A stretch of DNA of 10,643 nucleotides from Oligoflexus sp. (GTDB lineage Bacteria > Bdellovibrionota_B > Oligoflexia > Oligoflexales > Oligoflexaceae), in the NCBI GenBank assembly GCA_041736305.1, contig JBGSTX010000228.1, forward strand, positions 1-10,643, given 5' to 3'. Below are positions 1 through 8,406 of this stretch, piece after piece (the stretch's first letter is position 1; each line of letters opens with the position of its first letter). The position numbers were made by a program, and so were the translations under genes. The notes below the pieces were generated by a model. It saw only the letters and a list, made by a program, of their open reading frames with translations. It was not told the origin of the DNA and ran no database searches.

Positions 1-99
1 TTTATTGGACAGTTTATTGGACAGTTTATTGGACAGTTTATTGGACAGTTTATTGGACAGTTTATTGGACAGTTTATTGGACAGTTTATTGGACAGTTT
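1..99. repeat. Perfect 12-bp tandem repeat (TTTATTGGACAG)x8 plus TTT; probably continues beyond the left edge
   Basis: Read directly: 8 identical units at 1-96 and a partial unit TTT at 97-99. No spacers and no mismatches. Confidence 0.98.
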
Positions 100-113
100 G
101 AAATTTACTGGTC

Positions 114-1730
114 TCAATGACGAAAATGGCGAACGCCAGTGAAGACCAAAGCAATGCCGTGCTCATCGGCCGCAGCTATCGACTCTGCATCACGCATGGA
201 TCCACCTGGCTGGATAATCGCTGCAACTCCCAAGCTAGCCGCAAGATCAACCGTATCGCGGAAAGGGAAAAAAGCATCGCTGGCCATCACGGAACCGCGG
301 GTGCTGCGACCAAATTCTTTAGCTTTTTCCGCAGCAAAATTAGCCGAATCAACCCGGCTCATCTGCCCAGCACCGACGGCGACACTGCAGAGATCACGAG
401 CGTAAACTATCGCATTGGACTTCACATGCTTGCAAAGCCGCATCGCAAAAATCAAATCGGCGATCTGCTCCTGGCTGGGTGATTTCCGGCTTACAACTTT
501 CCACTCCCCACTCTCTTGGCCAGCGCGCAGCTGATCGCGCTCCTGCACGAGCACCCCACCCAGCACAGAGCGAAGGTTCCACTCGGGTCGCGCTGCCTTA
601 GTCTTGGCTTCAGCCCTCAAGTAGGGCAGCTCAAGGACACGCAGATTCTTCTTGCTGGCAAGGATCGACTGCGCCTCCGGGCTGTACGAGGGAGCTACGA
701 TGCATTCGAGAAAGAGCTCGCTCATCGCCGCAGCAGTAGGTCCATCGACCGGGCAATTGAAGGCGACTATCCCACCAAAGGCCGATTTCGGATCGCCCGC
801 TAAGGCGCGACGATAGACATCTACCAGAGCTTCACCAGGTTTCGCGAGAGAGGTGCCGCAGGGGTTCGTATGCTTGATAATCGTGCAAGCCGTATACTCA
901 GGAAAATCAGCGACAATCTGTGCCGCTGCATCGCAGTCGAGCAGATTGTTGTAAGACAACTCTTTGCCTTGCAGAATGTGCGCATCCTGAAGACCACCCG
1001 CCTGGCTGAGAGGCGAACGATAGAACGCGGCGCGCTGATGAGGATTCTCCCCGTAACGCAGCGCCTGCTGCAGACTCAAGTTCAGATCGATGGCTTGCGG
1101 CAAAGGAGCCTCTGGCGAATCGGGAGCAGCTTCGGCGAGACTCTTTGCGAAGTAGTTTGCGATCATGCTGTCGTAACGGGAAATACTAAGAAAGGTCTTA
1201 GCGGCGAGCTCCTGACGAAATCTTTTACTGAGGCCGCCCTCGCGCAATTCGACGAGGCAACGTTCGTAATCCCGCGGGTCGATGAGCGGAGCACAGTGGA
1301 GATGATTCTTTGCCGCTGCACGCAGCATGCAAGGACCACCGATGTCGATAAATTCGATAGCCTTCTCAAGCCCGAGATTCTTGGATTGGGCTTCGCTTTC
1401 GAAAGCGTAGAGATTGACCACCACGAGATCGATCGGCCTGATTCCGAACTCATTAGCCTGGGCTAAATGGGAGTCTTTGGAGCGATCGTAAAGGATACCA
1501 CCATGAATTTTAGGATGGAGAGTCTTGACGCGACCGTCGAGAATTTCAGGACTGCCGGTGAAAGTAGCGACCTCAGTCACCTCGAGGCCCGCGTCGGCTA
1601 GCAGGCGTGCTGTGCCACCCGTCGAAAGCAAGTGGAAACCTAGGTCCTGAAGGCCTCGCGCAAAATTGACCACACCATTTTTGTCGGTAACCGAAAGGAG
1701 CGCCAGGGGACGGGCAGCAGATGGGTGCAT
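114..1730 (-). CDS. purH: Bifunctional AICAR transformylase / IMP cyclohydrolase PurH
   Basis: 538 aa with hallmark motifs [88 protein letters not shown] and C-terminal RHFRH. Confidence 0.98.
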   Translation of the reverse strand: MHPSAARPLALLSVTDKNGVVNFARGLQDLGFHLLSTGGTARLLADAGLEVTEVATFTGSPEILDGRVKTLHPKIHGGILYDRSKDSHLAQANEFGIRPIDLVVVNLYAFESEAQSKNLGLEKAIEFIDIGGPCMLRAAAKNHLHCAPLIDPRDYERCLVELREGGLSKRFRQELAAKTFLSISRYDSMIANYFAKSLAEAAPDSPEAPLPQAIDLNLSLQQALRYGENPHQRAAFYRSPLSQAGGLQDAHILQGKELSYNNLLDCDAAAQIVADFPEYTACTIIKHTNPCGTSLAKPGEALVDVYRRALAGDPKSAFGGIVAFNCPVDGPTAAAMSELFLECIVAPSYSPEAQSILASKKNLRVLELPYLRAEAKTKAARPEWNLRSVLGGVLVQERDQLRAGQESGEWKVVSRKSPSQEQIADLIFAMRLCKHVKSNAIVYARDLCSVAVGAGQMSRVDSANFAAEKAKEFGRSTRGSVMASDAFFPFRDTVDLAASLGVAAIIQPGGSMRDAESIAAADEHGIALVFTGVRHFRH

Positions 1731-1762
1731 AGGAGCCTCGGGCAGAGTTGAATTACGCGCCC

Positions 1763-1791
1763 CTTTTAACAGCTTTCGCTGGGCTACCCAA
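1763..1791 (-). promoter_or_regulatory. Putative sigma70-type promoter of purH
   Basis: Minus strand reads TTGGGT-N17-TAAAAG with an extended -10 TGn and a GC-rich GGGCGCG directly after; about 30 bp upstream of the ATG. Confidence 0.4.
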
Positions 1792-1858
1792 GTCTTTTTC
1801 TGCCTTTAGAAAGAGGCGTCCTTTCGAAGTCCATCGCTGCATATTTTCACGGTACTGC

Positions 1859-2491
1859 TCAAGAAGCAGCTGTCTGATGGTTACCTTGAAGGTTGGAGAT
1901 GAGAAGGCGAATCGCCCAAACCATGGCCGATGAGCGGAAGTTCTCATGGGCAAAATCGCAGTCGGCCAAAGTACGCCAAGTCTGTGCATTAAAGAGCGAG
2001 CAGACCATGGCCCAACGGGTAGCTTCCTCCGGCGACATATCGGCCGGTGGCTGCGGCGCAAAGCTTTTCATTATGAACTTTTCGGGACCATCCTGAAAAA
2101 GGTTGCGAGCCTCGCGACCTAAAATCGAATCTAGATAGCCTTTGATGAGGCGAGGATTACGCTCGAATGCTTCGAACGTGGAAACGAGAAAGTCTTCGGG
2201 TCGCGCGTGCTGCGAATTAAAATCAACCCGCATGATTTCATTAGCAATGAGCGAGTTTAACTCAACCAGCAGAGTGTCACGATCACCAAAGAGATGATAG
2301 AGCGTTCTCTCCGGTAAACGCGCCCTCAATGCCAGCTGCCTCATTGTAAACGACTCAGGATCAGTGTTGATCAACTTGAGCGCCGTCTCTAGAATACGAC
2401 GCTTTTTAGTAGCAACCTGCTGCTGTCGGCGAGAGTTATCGTAACGGCGCTTGGGCTTCGCGGGAGGCGCGGCCTTCTCCTGAATATCCAT
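1859..2491 (-). CDS. TetR/AcrR family transcriptional regulator
   Basis: 210 aa. N-terminal HTH pattern KKRRILETALKLI...FTMRQLALRARLPERTLYHLFGDRDTLL, helical C-terminal domain, AAGGA SD-like sequence upstream of the ATG. Confidence 0.9.
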   Translation of the reverse strand: MDIQEKAAPPAKPKRRYDNSRRQQQVATKKRRILETALKLINTDPESFTMRQLALRARLPERTLYHLFGDRDTLLVELNSLIANEIMRVDFNSQHARPEDFLVSTFEAFERNPRLIKGYLDSILGREARNLFQDGPEKFIMKSFAPQPPADMSPEEATRWAMVCSLFNAQTWRTLADCDFAHENFRSSAMVWAIRLLISNLQGNHQTAAS

Positions 2492-2522
2492 TCATTTTCC
2501 TTGCAGAAGAGCTACAGCTCGA

Positions 2523-2554
2523 TGCATTCAAAATGCAACATCTGTGATCAGATG
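2523..2554. promoter_or_regulatory. Two adjacent palindromes, candidate TetR operator(s)
   Basis: TGCATT-CAA-AATGCA (2523-2537) and CATCTG-TGAT-CAGATG (2539-2554), about 30-60 bp upstream of the tetR start. Confidence 0.4.
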
Positions 2555-2842
2555 ATTTGTGCCTTAACCTTATTTAGTTTACCAGCTGCAAAGAAGTCCG
2601 TGTTCAAAATAATGGTTATTTCAGATGCTTTTTTTAAAATGGCTTATTTTATGATGCAAAACGACGAGTGCTAACACATTCGTATTATCCTATCCTGAGC
2701 AAGCGAGAAGTCCTGCACAGCATTCTATTGTTCATTCGATTAACGATAGCCGAGAGCAGTGACGCATACATAAATGCCTTCAGAATAAATGACGCAGTGT
2801 AAGAGGCCAGTTCCATTGAATAATTCAGCAGGGGAATTCTTT

Positions 2843-2871
2843 TTGCTTAGGGGCGTAGCTCATGCTAAAAG
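2843..2871 (+). promoter_or_regulatory. Putative sigma70-type promoter of mnmA
   Basis: TTGCTT-N17-TAAAAG with extended -10 TGn and GC-rich GGCCG after it. It lies inside the over-extended ORF call and supports a start at 2900. Confidence 0.45.
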
Positions 2872-2899
2872 GGCCGTCCTAAGAGTGAGGAATTTTCAA

Positions 2900-3946
2900 A
2901 TGAAAATAGCCGTTCTTTTATCCGGTGGAGTCGATAGTTCAGTAGCCTTAGCCGAACTTGTAAATGAAGGTCGGCATGATATTCAGGCTTTCTATCTAAA
3001 GATCTGGCTGGAAGATGATCTGCAGTATCTTGGGCAATGTCCTTGGGAAGAGGATCTTCGCTACGCGACTGCGGTATGCGAGCGGCTCGGTGTACCACTC
3101 GAAATTCTCTCACTGCAAAGAGCTTACTGGGATCGCGTGGTCGCTCATACGATCGGCGAACTGAAGCTTGGTCGCACGCCCAGTCCCGATATCCTTTGCA
3201 ATCAAAATGTGAAATTTGGAGCATTTTCCGATCTTATCGATCAGTCGTACGATAAGGTCGCGACCGGACACTATGCGCGTCTCGATGCTCAGGGCCGGCT
3301 GCTCAAAGGTATCGATCCCGTTAAAGACCAGACCTACTTTCTATCGCGCCTCAGTCGCGCTCAGGTGGAACGCGCGCTTTTTCCTATCGGTCATCTCCCT
3401 AAAGCGGACGTTCGCGCGCTCGCTGCGAGCTATGATCTGCCGACCCAAGACCGACCTGATAGTCAGGGGATCTGCTTTCTGGGTAAGCTCAAGTTCAATG
3501 AGTTCGTTAAAGCTCACCTCGGCGAAAGACCTGGTTTGATAGTAGAACTCGAAACAGCTAAGGTCCTCGGTGAGCACCGTGGCTTCTGGTTTCACACCAT
3601 AGGCCAACGCAAAGGACTTGGACTTAGTGGTGGTCCTTGGTTTGTGGTACAGAAGGATCCGGCTCGCGACATAGTCTACGTGTCGAGCATCGAATCTAAG
3701 GCAGAGCGACCCCAGCTTCTCTTCAACGTGCAGGCGATGCACTGGCTCGAAGAGCCGCAGTCCCTCAACGAGGATCTCACGGTTAAAATTAGGCACGGCC
3801 AGAGAACGAGCGCCTGCCGGATGAGTTCCCTCGGAGAAGACCGCTATCAGATCGAGCTCCTCTCCCCCGATGGCGGAATCGCTCCTGGCCAGTACGCGGT
3901 GATCTATCGCGGCGAGCAGTGTCTGGGTTCAGGTATTATAGAATAA
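2900..3946 (+). CDS. mnmA: tRNA-specific 2-thiouridylase MnmA (348 aa; ORF-track start 2789 is probably over-extended)
   Basis: MKIAVLLSGGVDSS PP-loop, GRTPSPDILCN, ATGHYA, KDQTYFL, DSQGICF, HTIGQRKGL, IAPGQ. GAGGA SD at 2887-2891 precedes ATG 2900. Confidence 0.96.
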   Translation: MKIAVLLSGGVDSSVALAELVNEGRHDIQAFYLKIWLEDDLQYLGQCPWEEDLRYATAVCERLGVPLEILSLQRAYWDRVVAHTIGELKLGRTPSPDILCNQNVKFGAFSDLIDQSYDKVATGHYARLDAQGRLLKGIDPVKDQTYFLSRLSRAQVERALFPIGHLPKADVRALAASYDLPTQDRPDSQGICFLGKLKFNEFVKAHLGERPGLIVELETAKVLGEHRGFWFHTIGQRKGLGLSGGPWFVVQKDPARDIVYVSSIESKAERPQLLFNVQAMHWLEEPQSLNEDLTVKIRHGQRTSACRMSSLGEDRYQIELLSPDGGIAPGQYAVIYRGEQCLGSGIIE

Positions 3947-3951
3947 CGCGT

Positions 3952-4872
3952 CTACTCCCTTAAAAGGGCCGCCCGCACCAGCGGCTCTTTGAGCCTGGGT
4001 GAGAGCGTTTCTATGAAGCGATAAGCGTAGCCTCGCAAATAGTGCCCCCGCCGAATCCCAAGCCGGGTTGTATTGATCTCAAAAAGATGGGCAGCATCCA
4101 GCAGCTCCAAGGACTGATCGCGCAAAGGATGATAGGCCATCGACGCGATGATGCCTATGCCCAGGCCAATTTCAACATAAGTTTTAATCACATCGGCATC
4201 GATCGCCGAGAGCACAATATCGGGGCTAAGACCGGCTTTTTGAAAAGCCGAGTCGATATGATGTCGTCCCGTAAATCCTTCCTGGTAAGTGATCAGAGGG
4301 TATTCGGCAAGAGCTTCAAGCGTGAGAAATTTAGAGGCCGTTAAAGGATGGCCCCGAGGAACTATCACCGTATGGCTCCAGCTATAGCAAGGGAAGGTGA
4401 CGATTTCCGCTAGGTCGAGACCTTCGGTGGCGATAGCAAAGTCAGCTTCTCCCGAGGCGACCATCGCCGCAATTTCCCGTGGGCTTCCCTGCTGCAGCGC
4501 CAGGTGCACGCGGGGAAACTGGGCGCAGAAAGCTTTCACAACTTCAGGTAGGGCATACCGCGCCTGGGTATGAGTCGTGGCCACCCGCAGCCGGCCGCAG
4601 TCGCTGCCCGCAAACTGATCAGCCACGCGCCGGAGATTGTTGGCATCGATGAGAATGCGGTCGATGATCTCCATAAGCTCTTTGCCCGCATCGGTGAGCC
4701 CTAGAAAACGCTTGCCACGTCTGATGAAGATTTCCATCCCGAGTTCGTCTTCGAGATCTTTGATGTGTTTGCTCACACCTGGTTGCGAGGTATAAAGGGC
4801 TCCGGCAACTTCGGTGAGGTTGAAGTCGCGTCTTAGGGTTTCGCGGACGATGCGAAGCTGTTGAAAGTTCAT
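3952..4872 (-). CDS. cbl: CysB-family LysR regulator, Cbl/SsuR-like
   Basis: MNFQQLRIVRE...FNLTEVAGALYTSQPGVSKHIKDLEDELG...RRGKR, ATTHTQARYALP, GFTGR, DADVIKTYV. The N-terminus is Cbl-like. Last gene of the sulfate ABC operon, with an ATGA overlap with cysA. Confidence 0.88.
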   Translation of the reverse strand: MNFQQLRIVRETLRRDFNLTEVAGALYTSQPGVSKHIKDLEDELGMEIFIRRGKRFLGLTDAGKELMEIIDRILIDANNLRRVADQFAGSDCGRLRVATTHTQARYALPEVVKAFCAQFPRVHLALQQGSPREIAAMVASGEADFAIATEGLDLAEIVTFPCYSWSHTVIVPRGHPLTASKFLTLEALAEYPLITYQEGFTGRHHIDSAFQKAGLSPDIVLSAIDADVIKTYVEIGLGIGIIASMAYHPLRDQSLELLDAAHLFEINTTRLGIRRGHYLRGYAYRFIETLSPRLKEPLVRAALLRE

Positions 4873-5639
4873 TGCAGGCCCTCGCCAAAGCTTTGAAGCC
4901 TTCTGGATGAGCGAACTGGTTTGAGAGAGAGAAAATTTGCAGCGAAGGGAGACGCCGGCTCGTCCATGAGTTCTTGCGGTGAGCCCTCCTGCTCGATGCG
5001 ACCCTGGTTGAGGAGCACGACGTGATCGGACATTTCGAAGGCTTCGTCTTGATCATGGGTGACCAGGACAGTGGTGATGGCGAGCTGTTTTTGCAGCGAG
5101 CGCAGCCAGAGGCGCAGCTCTCTTCTCACCTTAGCATCGAGAGCCCCAAATGGCTCATCGAGTAGGAGGATGCGCGGTTCGATCGCCAGAGCTCGCGCGA
5201 GAGCTACTCTCTGACGCTGGCCTCCTGAGAGCTGGTGGGGCCATCTCTCCCCAAGTCCATCGAGCTGAACGAGGCGCAAAAGCTCCTGCGTGCGTTCACC
5301 AATCAGCTTTGAGGACGGTCGCTCGCGTCTCGGCAGCATGCGCAGACCGAAGCTAACGTTCTCGGCGACTCGCATATGTTTGAAAAGCGCGTAGTGCTGG
5401 AAAACAAAGCCCACCCGCCTTTCCTTGAGAGTCCAGTTAGCGGTGTCTTGCCCAGCAAAAAGCACTTGTCCGCCCTCAAAGTTCTCCAGACCCGCCATGA
5501 TTCGCAGAAGAGTGGTCTTCCCACAACCAGACGGCCCCAGCAAACTCAGAAACTGCCCGGAACGGATATTCAGGTTCACCTGATGGAGAACCCTTTCTTT
5601 AGCGTAGGTCTTGCTGATATTGAAGAGCTTAATGTCCAT
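4869..5639 (-). CDS. cysA: Sulfate/thiosulfate ABC transporter ATP-binding protein CysA, short form (256 aa)
   Basis: Walker A GPSGCGKT, VGFVFQHYALFKHM, signature LSGGQRQR, Walker B/D-loop LLLDEPFGALDAKVRRELR, H-loop VTHDQ. GAAGGAG SD upstream of ATG 5639. Confidence 0.93.
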   Translation of the reverse strand: MDIKLFNISKTYAKERVLHQVNLNIRSGQFLSLLGPSGCGKTTLLRIMAGLENFEGGQVLFAGQDTANWTLKERRVGFVFQHYALFKHMRVAENVSFGLRMLPRRERPSSKLIGERTQELLRLVQLDGLGERWPHQLSGGQRQRVALARALAIEPRILLLDEPFGALDAKVRRELRLWLRSLQKQLAITTVLVTHDQDEAFEMSDHVVLLNQGRIEQEGSPQELMDEPASPFAANFLSLKPVRSSRRLQSFGEGLQ

Positions 5640-6519
5640 GGAATACGACTCCTTCGCCATTCTCCGGTAGCTTCTGAGCAAAATAGTTTTTCAAGGCCAG
5701 GGTGAAAAGCGAAAGAATGAGGAGAAGCGAAGCAGCAGCGAATGCAGCTACAAACTGGTACTCATTGTAAAGAATTTCAACGTGCAAAGGGAGGGTATTG
5801 GTCGCACCGCGAATATGTCCCGATACCACAGAAACAGCTCCAAACTCACCCATGGCGCGAGCAGCACAGAGGACCATGCCGTGGAGCAGGGCCCAGCGGA
5901 TACCAGGCAAAGTGACGAAAAAGAACGTTTGCCAACCGCTAGCCCCGAGCATAAGTGCTGCTTCCTCTTTGTCCTTCCCTTGAGCCTCCATAAGGGGGAG
6001 CAGCTGGCGAACTACGAAAGGAAAGGTGACAAAGAGAGTAGCGAGCAGCATGCCGGGGAGCGCAAAGATGATACGGATATTGTGAGCGAGCAGCCAAGAA
6101 CCCCAGAGTCCCTGTGCTCCGAAGAGCAGTACATAGATGAGCCCTGCTACCACGGGAGAGACAGAAAAAGGCAGATCTATCAGCGTAATCAGCGTACGTT
6201 TGCCACGAAATGAGAACTTGCCGATAGCCCAGGCGGCGGCCAGCCCAAAGGCCGTCTGGATGGGGACAACTATGGCTACGACCAGCATCGTCAGCTTTAA
6301 GGCAGCGAGCGTGTCAACCGCCAAAAGGGCTTCAAAGTAAGGACTGAGGCCGCGGCGCAAAGCTTCAGTCAATACTGCAGCCACGGGTAGAACTAGGACT
6401 AGCACGAAGAAAATCATGCCGATCGCAATGAGCAGGCCTTGACCCAATTTTTTCTGCCAATGGAGTCTGGAGAGTCCTTGGGCTGCTACCCAGCGTACGC
6501 TCGTCGACGAGCTATTCAT
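5629..6519 (-). CDS. cysW: Sulfate ABC transporter permease CysW
   Basis: LIDLPFSVSPVVAGL, FVTFPFVVR, EAA loop EEAALMLGASGWQTF, ARAMGEFGAVSVVSGHIRG, TLPLHVEILYNEY; operon position fits. Confidence 0.95.
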   Translation of the reverse strand: MNSSSTSVRWVAAQGLSRLHWQKKLGQGLLIAIGMIFFVLVLVLPVAAVLTEALRRGLSPYFEALLAVDTLAALKLTMLVVAIVVPIQTAFGLAAAWAIGKFSFRGKRTLITLIDLPFSVSPVVAGLIYVLLFGAQGLWGSWLLAHNIRIIFALPGMLLATLFVTFPFVVRQLLPLMEAQGKDKEEAALMLGASGWQTFFFVTLPGIRWALLHGMVLCAARAMGEFGAVSVVSGHIRGATNTLPLHVEILYNEYQFVAAFAAASLLLILSLFTLALKNYFAQKLPENGEGVVFHGH

Positions 6520-6522
6520 GAT

Positions 6523-7413
6523 TTATCTTCCTTTGAGTCGACCTGTTTTGATTTCAGAGTAAGACCAGCGTTGGAGGCTGTTTATACAGAGGAGAAGGAC
6601 AAAGGACGCTAAAAGGAGTACCGCCGCCACAGCCGTCGCTCCTCGGTAGTCGTACTGCTCGAGTTTGGTGATAATCAGCAGGGGCGCTATTTCCGATTCC
6701 ATAGGAATATTGCCCGCAATAAAGATCACCGAACCGTACTCGCCAAGGGCACGGGCAAAGGCTAAAGCAAAGCCTGTAAGAAGCGCTGGCATCAGCGCCG
6801 GCAAGATGATGAAGCGGAAGCGCTGCCAGCTGTTGGCGCCGAGGGTAGCCGCTGCTTCCTCCCAGCTTTTCTCAATATCGCTGAGGACGGGTTGGACAGT
6901 CCTCACTAAAAAAGGCAGTCCAATAAAAATCAAAGCGATCAAAACCCCGAGGCGGGTATAGGCAACCTTGATCCCGAGTGGACTCAGATAGCTCCCTATC
7001 CAGCCTTGTTCCGAGTAAAGAGCGCTGAGGGCCAGACCTGCCACGGCAGTGGGAAGGGCGAAAGGTAAATCAATCATTGCGTCGACCCAGCGTCGAGCCG
7101 GGAAGCGGTAGCGCACGAGTATCCAGGCCAGAAGGCTGCCGAATATAGTATTGATAGCCGCAGCGATCAAGGAGGCGCCAAAGCTCAGCTTGAAAGCCGC
7201 AAGCAGTCGAGGTGCGCTCACGATGCCGATAAACTCGCCCCAACTCAGTCGAAAACTCTCAAAGCCCATGACGAATAAAGGCAAGAGCACGAGCAAGAAG
7301 AGATAGAGTAGCGTGCAACTGATAGTCAGTCGAAATCCAGGCAGTACCGAGCGTTGCCCTGAGCCTTTCTTAGCTAGCGCTGGCGTATATCTGGTCAAAA
7401 GTTCCACCCTCAT
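6523..7413 (-). CDS. cysT: Sulfate ABC transporter permease CysT (CysU); start could be ATG 7413, GTG 7407 or TTG 7398
   Basis: [79 protein letters not shown]. Confidence 0.95.
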   Translation of the reverse strand: MRVELLTRYTPALAKKGSGQRSVLPGFRLTISCTLLYLFLLVLLPLFVMGFESFRLSWGEFIGIVSAPRLLAAFKLSFGASLIAAAINTIFGSLLAWILVRYRFPARRWVDAMIDLPFALPTAVAGLALSALYSEQGWIGSYLSPLGIKVAYTRLGVLIALIFIGLPFLVRTVQPVLSDIEKSWEEAAATLGANSWQRFRFIILPALMPALLTGFALAFARALGEYGSVIFIAGNIPMESEIAPLLIITKLEQYDYRGATAVAAVLLLASFVLLLCINSLQRWSYSEIKTGRLKGR

Positions 7414-8374
7414 CGAAATGCTCTTTCTGAGCTCGACGCCACCCGCCGAAGACTTGATCGACCGTGAAAAGATCTAAGCTAGGAAAACTTACAGCTGCTT
7501 CTTTCAGTGCCTGTACTGAGCGCGGTCGAAAGTGATGGCGGGCGATAATAGTTTGAGCTGGTTCGGTATAGAGAAACTTTAAATAAGCTTCCGCCAAAGT
7601 GCGGTTGCCCTTCCGCTCGGCGACTTTGTCGACTACGGCGACCACAGGTTCGGCCAGTATGGAGCGCGAAGGCGTGACTATTTCAAAGCGATCTGGCCCA
7701 AACTCCTTTAAGCTTAGAAAGGCCTCATTTTCCCAGGTAATCAGGACATCGCCGATACCCCTCTGTGCAAAACTCGTGGTTGAACCCCGCGCGCCAGTAT
7801 CGAGAACTTTGACATTCTTGAAAATCTGCTTCACGAAGTTTTTAGCAGTTTCGACTTTGCCGTCTTTTTGAAGAGCATAGCCCCAAGCTGCAAGGTAATT
7901 CCAACGGGCTCCGCCAGAGGTTTTTGGATTAGGAGTCACGACTCCCACCCCTTCTTTGATGAGGTCCCCCCAATCCCGAATCTGCTTCGGGTTCCCTTTA
8001 CGGACCAAGAACACGATGGTAGAGGTGTAGGGTGCCGCCCCGTTCGGGAGTCGCTGCTGCCAGTCCGCAGCTAAGAGCTTCTTATCAGCCAGCACGTCTA
8101 TATCATAGCCGAGGGCTAAGCTGACGACATCGGCGTCCAGCCCATCGATGACCGCCCGCGCTTGCTTGCCCGAACCACCATGCGACTGCTTGATGCTCAG
8201 GTCTTCGCTAGGGTTCTGTCGCTTCCATTCTTGGATGAAGACCTTGTTCACGTCTTCGTAGAGTTCGCGAGTTGGATCGTAGGATACGTTGAGCAGTTCT
8301 TTGGCGAGAAGGGACTGGCTGCCCGCTAGAGACAGAAAAGTTAGAAGGAGTACGTGGTAATACTTGATGTTCAT
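7370..8374 (-). CDS. sbp: Periplasmic sulfate-binding protein Sbp
   Basis: Hydrophobic signal peptide, [78 protein letters not shown] upstream. Confidence 0.96.
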   Translation of the reverse strand: MNIKYYHVLLLTFLSLAGSQSLLAKELLNVSYDPTRELYEDVNKVFIQEWKRQNPSEDLSIKQSHGGSGKQARAVIDGLDADVVSLALGYDIDVLADKKLLAADWQQRLPNGAAPYTSTIVFLVRKGNPKQIRDWGDLIKEGVGVVTPNPKTSGGARWNYLAAWGYALQKDGKVETAKNFVKQIFKNVKVLDTGARGSTTSFAQRGIGDVLITWENEAFLSLKEFGPDRFEIVTPSRSILAEPVVAVVDKVAERKGNRTLAEAYLKFLYTEPAQTIIARHHFRPRSVQALKEAAVSFPSLDLFTVDQVFGGWRRAQKEHFDEGGTFDQIYASAS

Positions 8375-8406
8375 GGGTCAGCTTCCTCTATATGTTGGCC
8401 GAGCCG

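Noticed and set aside
1..99. CRISPR array or DnaA-box cluster
   Set aside because: Units are 12 bp and contiguous with no spacers. TTATTGGACA only loosely resembles the 9-bp DnaA box TTATCCACA, and no origin-associated genes are in the window.
1731..1858. ZMP/ZTP (pfl) or purine riboswitch upstream of purH
   Set aside because: The conserved elements I would expect (GACUGGCG...GUGG/CCAC...GGGAGC and 3' CGCCUGGG) are absent, and the putative promoter leaves only a very short leader.
1753..2061. 102-aa minus-strand ORF overlapping the tetR 3' end
   Set aside because: Alternative frame over a well-supported gene, with no recognisable motif; it also runs across the putative purH promoter.
2789..2899. 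37-aa N-terminal extension of MnmA from the ORF track
   Set aside because: Family similarity starts at MKIAVLLSGG (2900), which has its own SD; the extension contains promoter-like elements.
5640..5681. Longer CysA start at 5681
   Set aside because: It lies deeper inside cysW. ATG 5639 has a strong GAAGGAG SD and matches the usual CysA N-terminus.
6892..6927. Partial matches to the 12-bp repeat inside cysT (TTGGACAGT at 6892-6900; GTCCAATAAA at 6918-6927)
   Set aside because: Only 9-10 bp and within conserved CysT codons (FIGLP...RTVQP); most likely chance.
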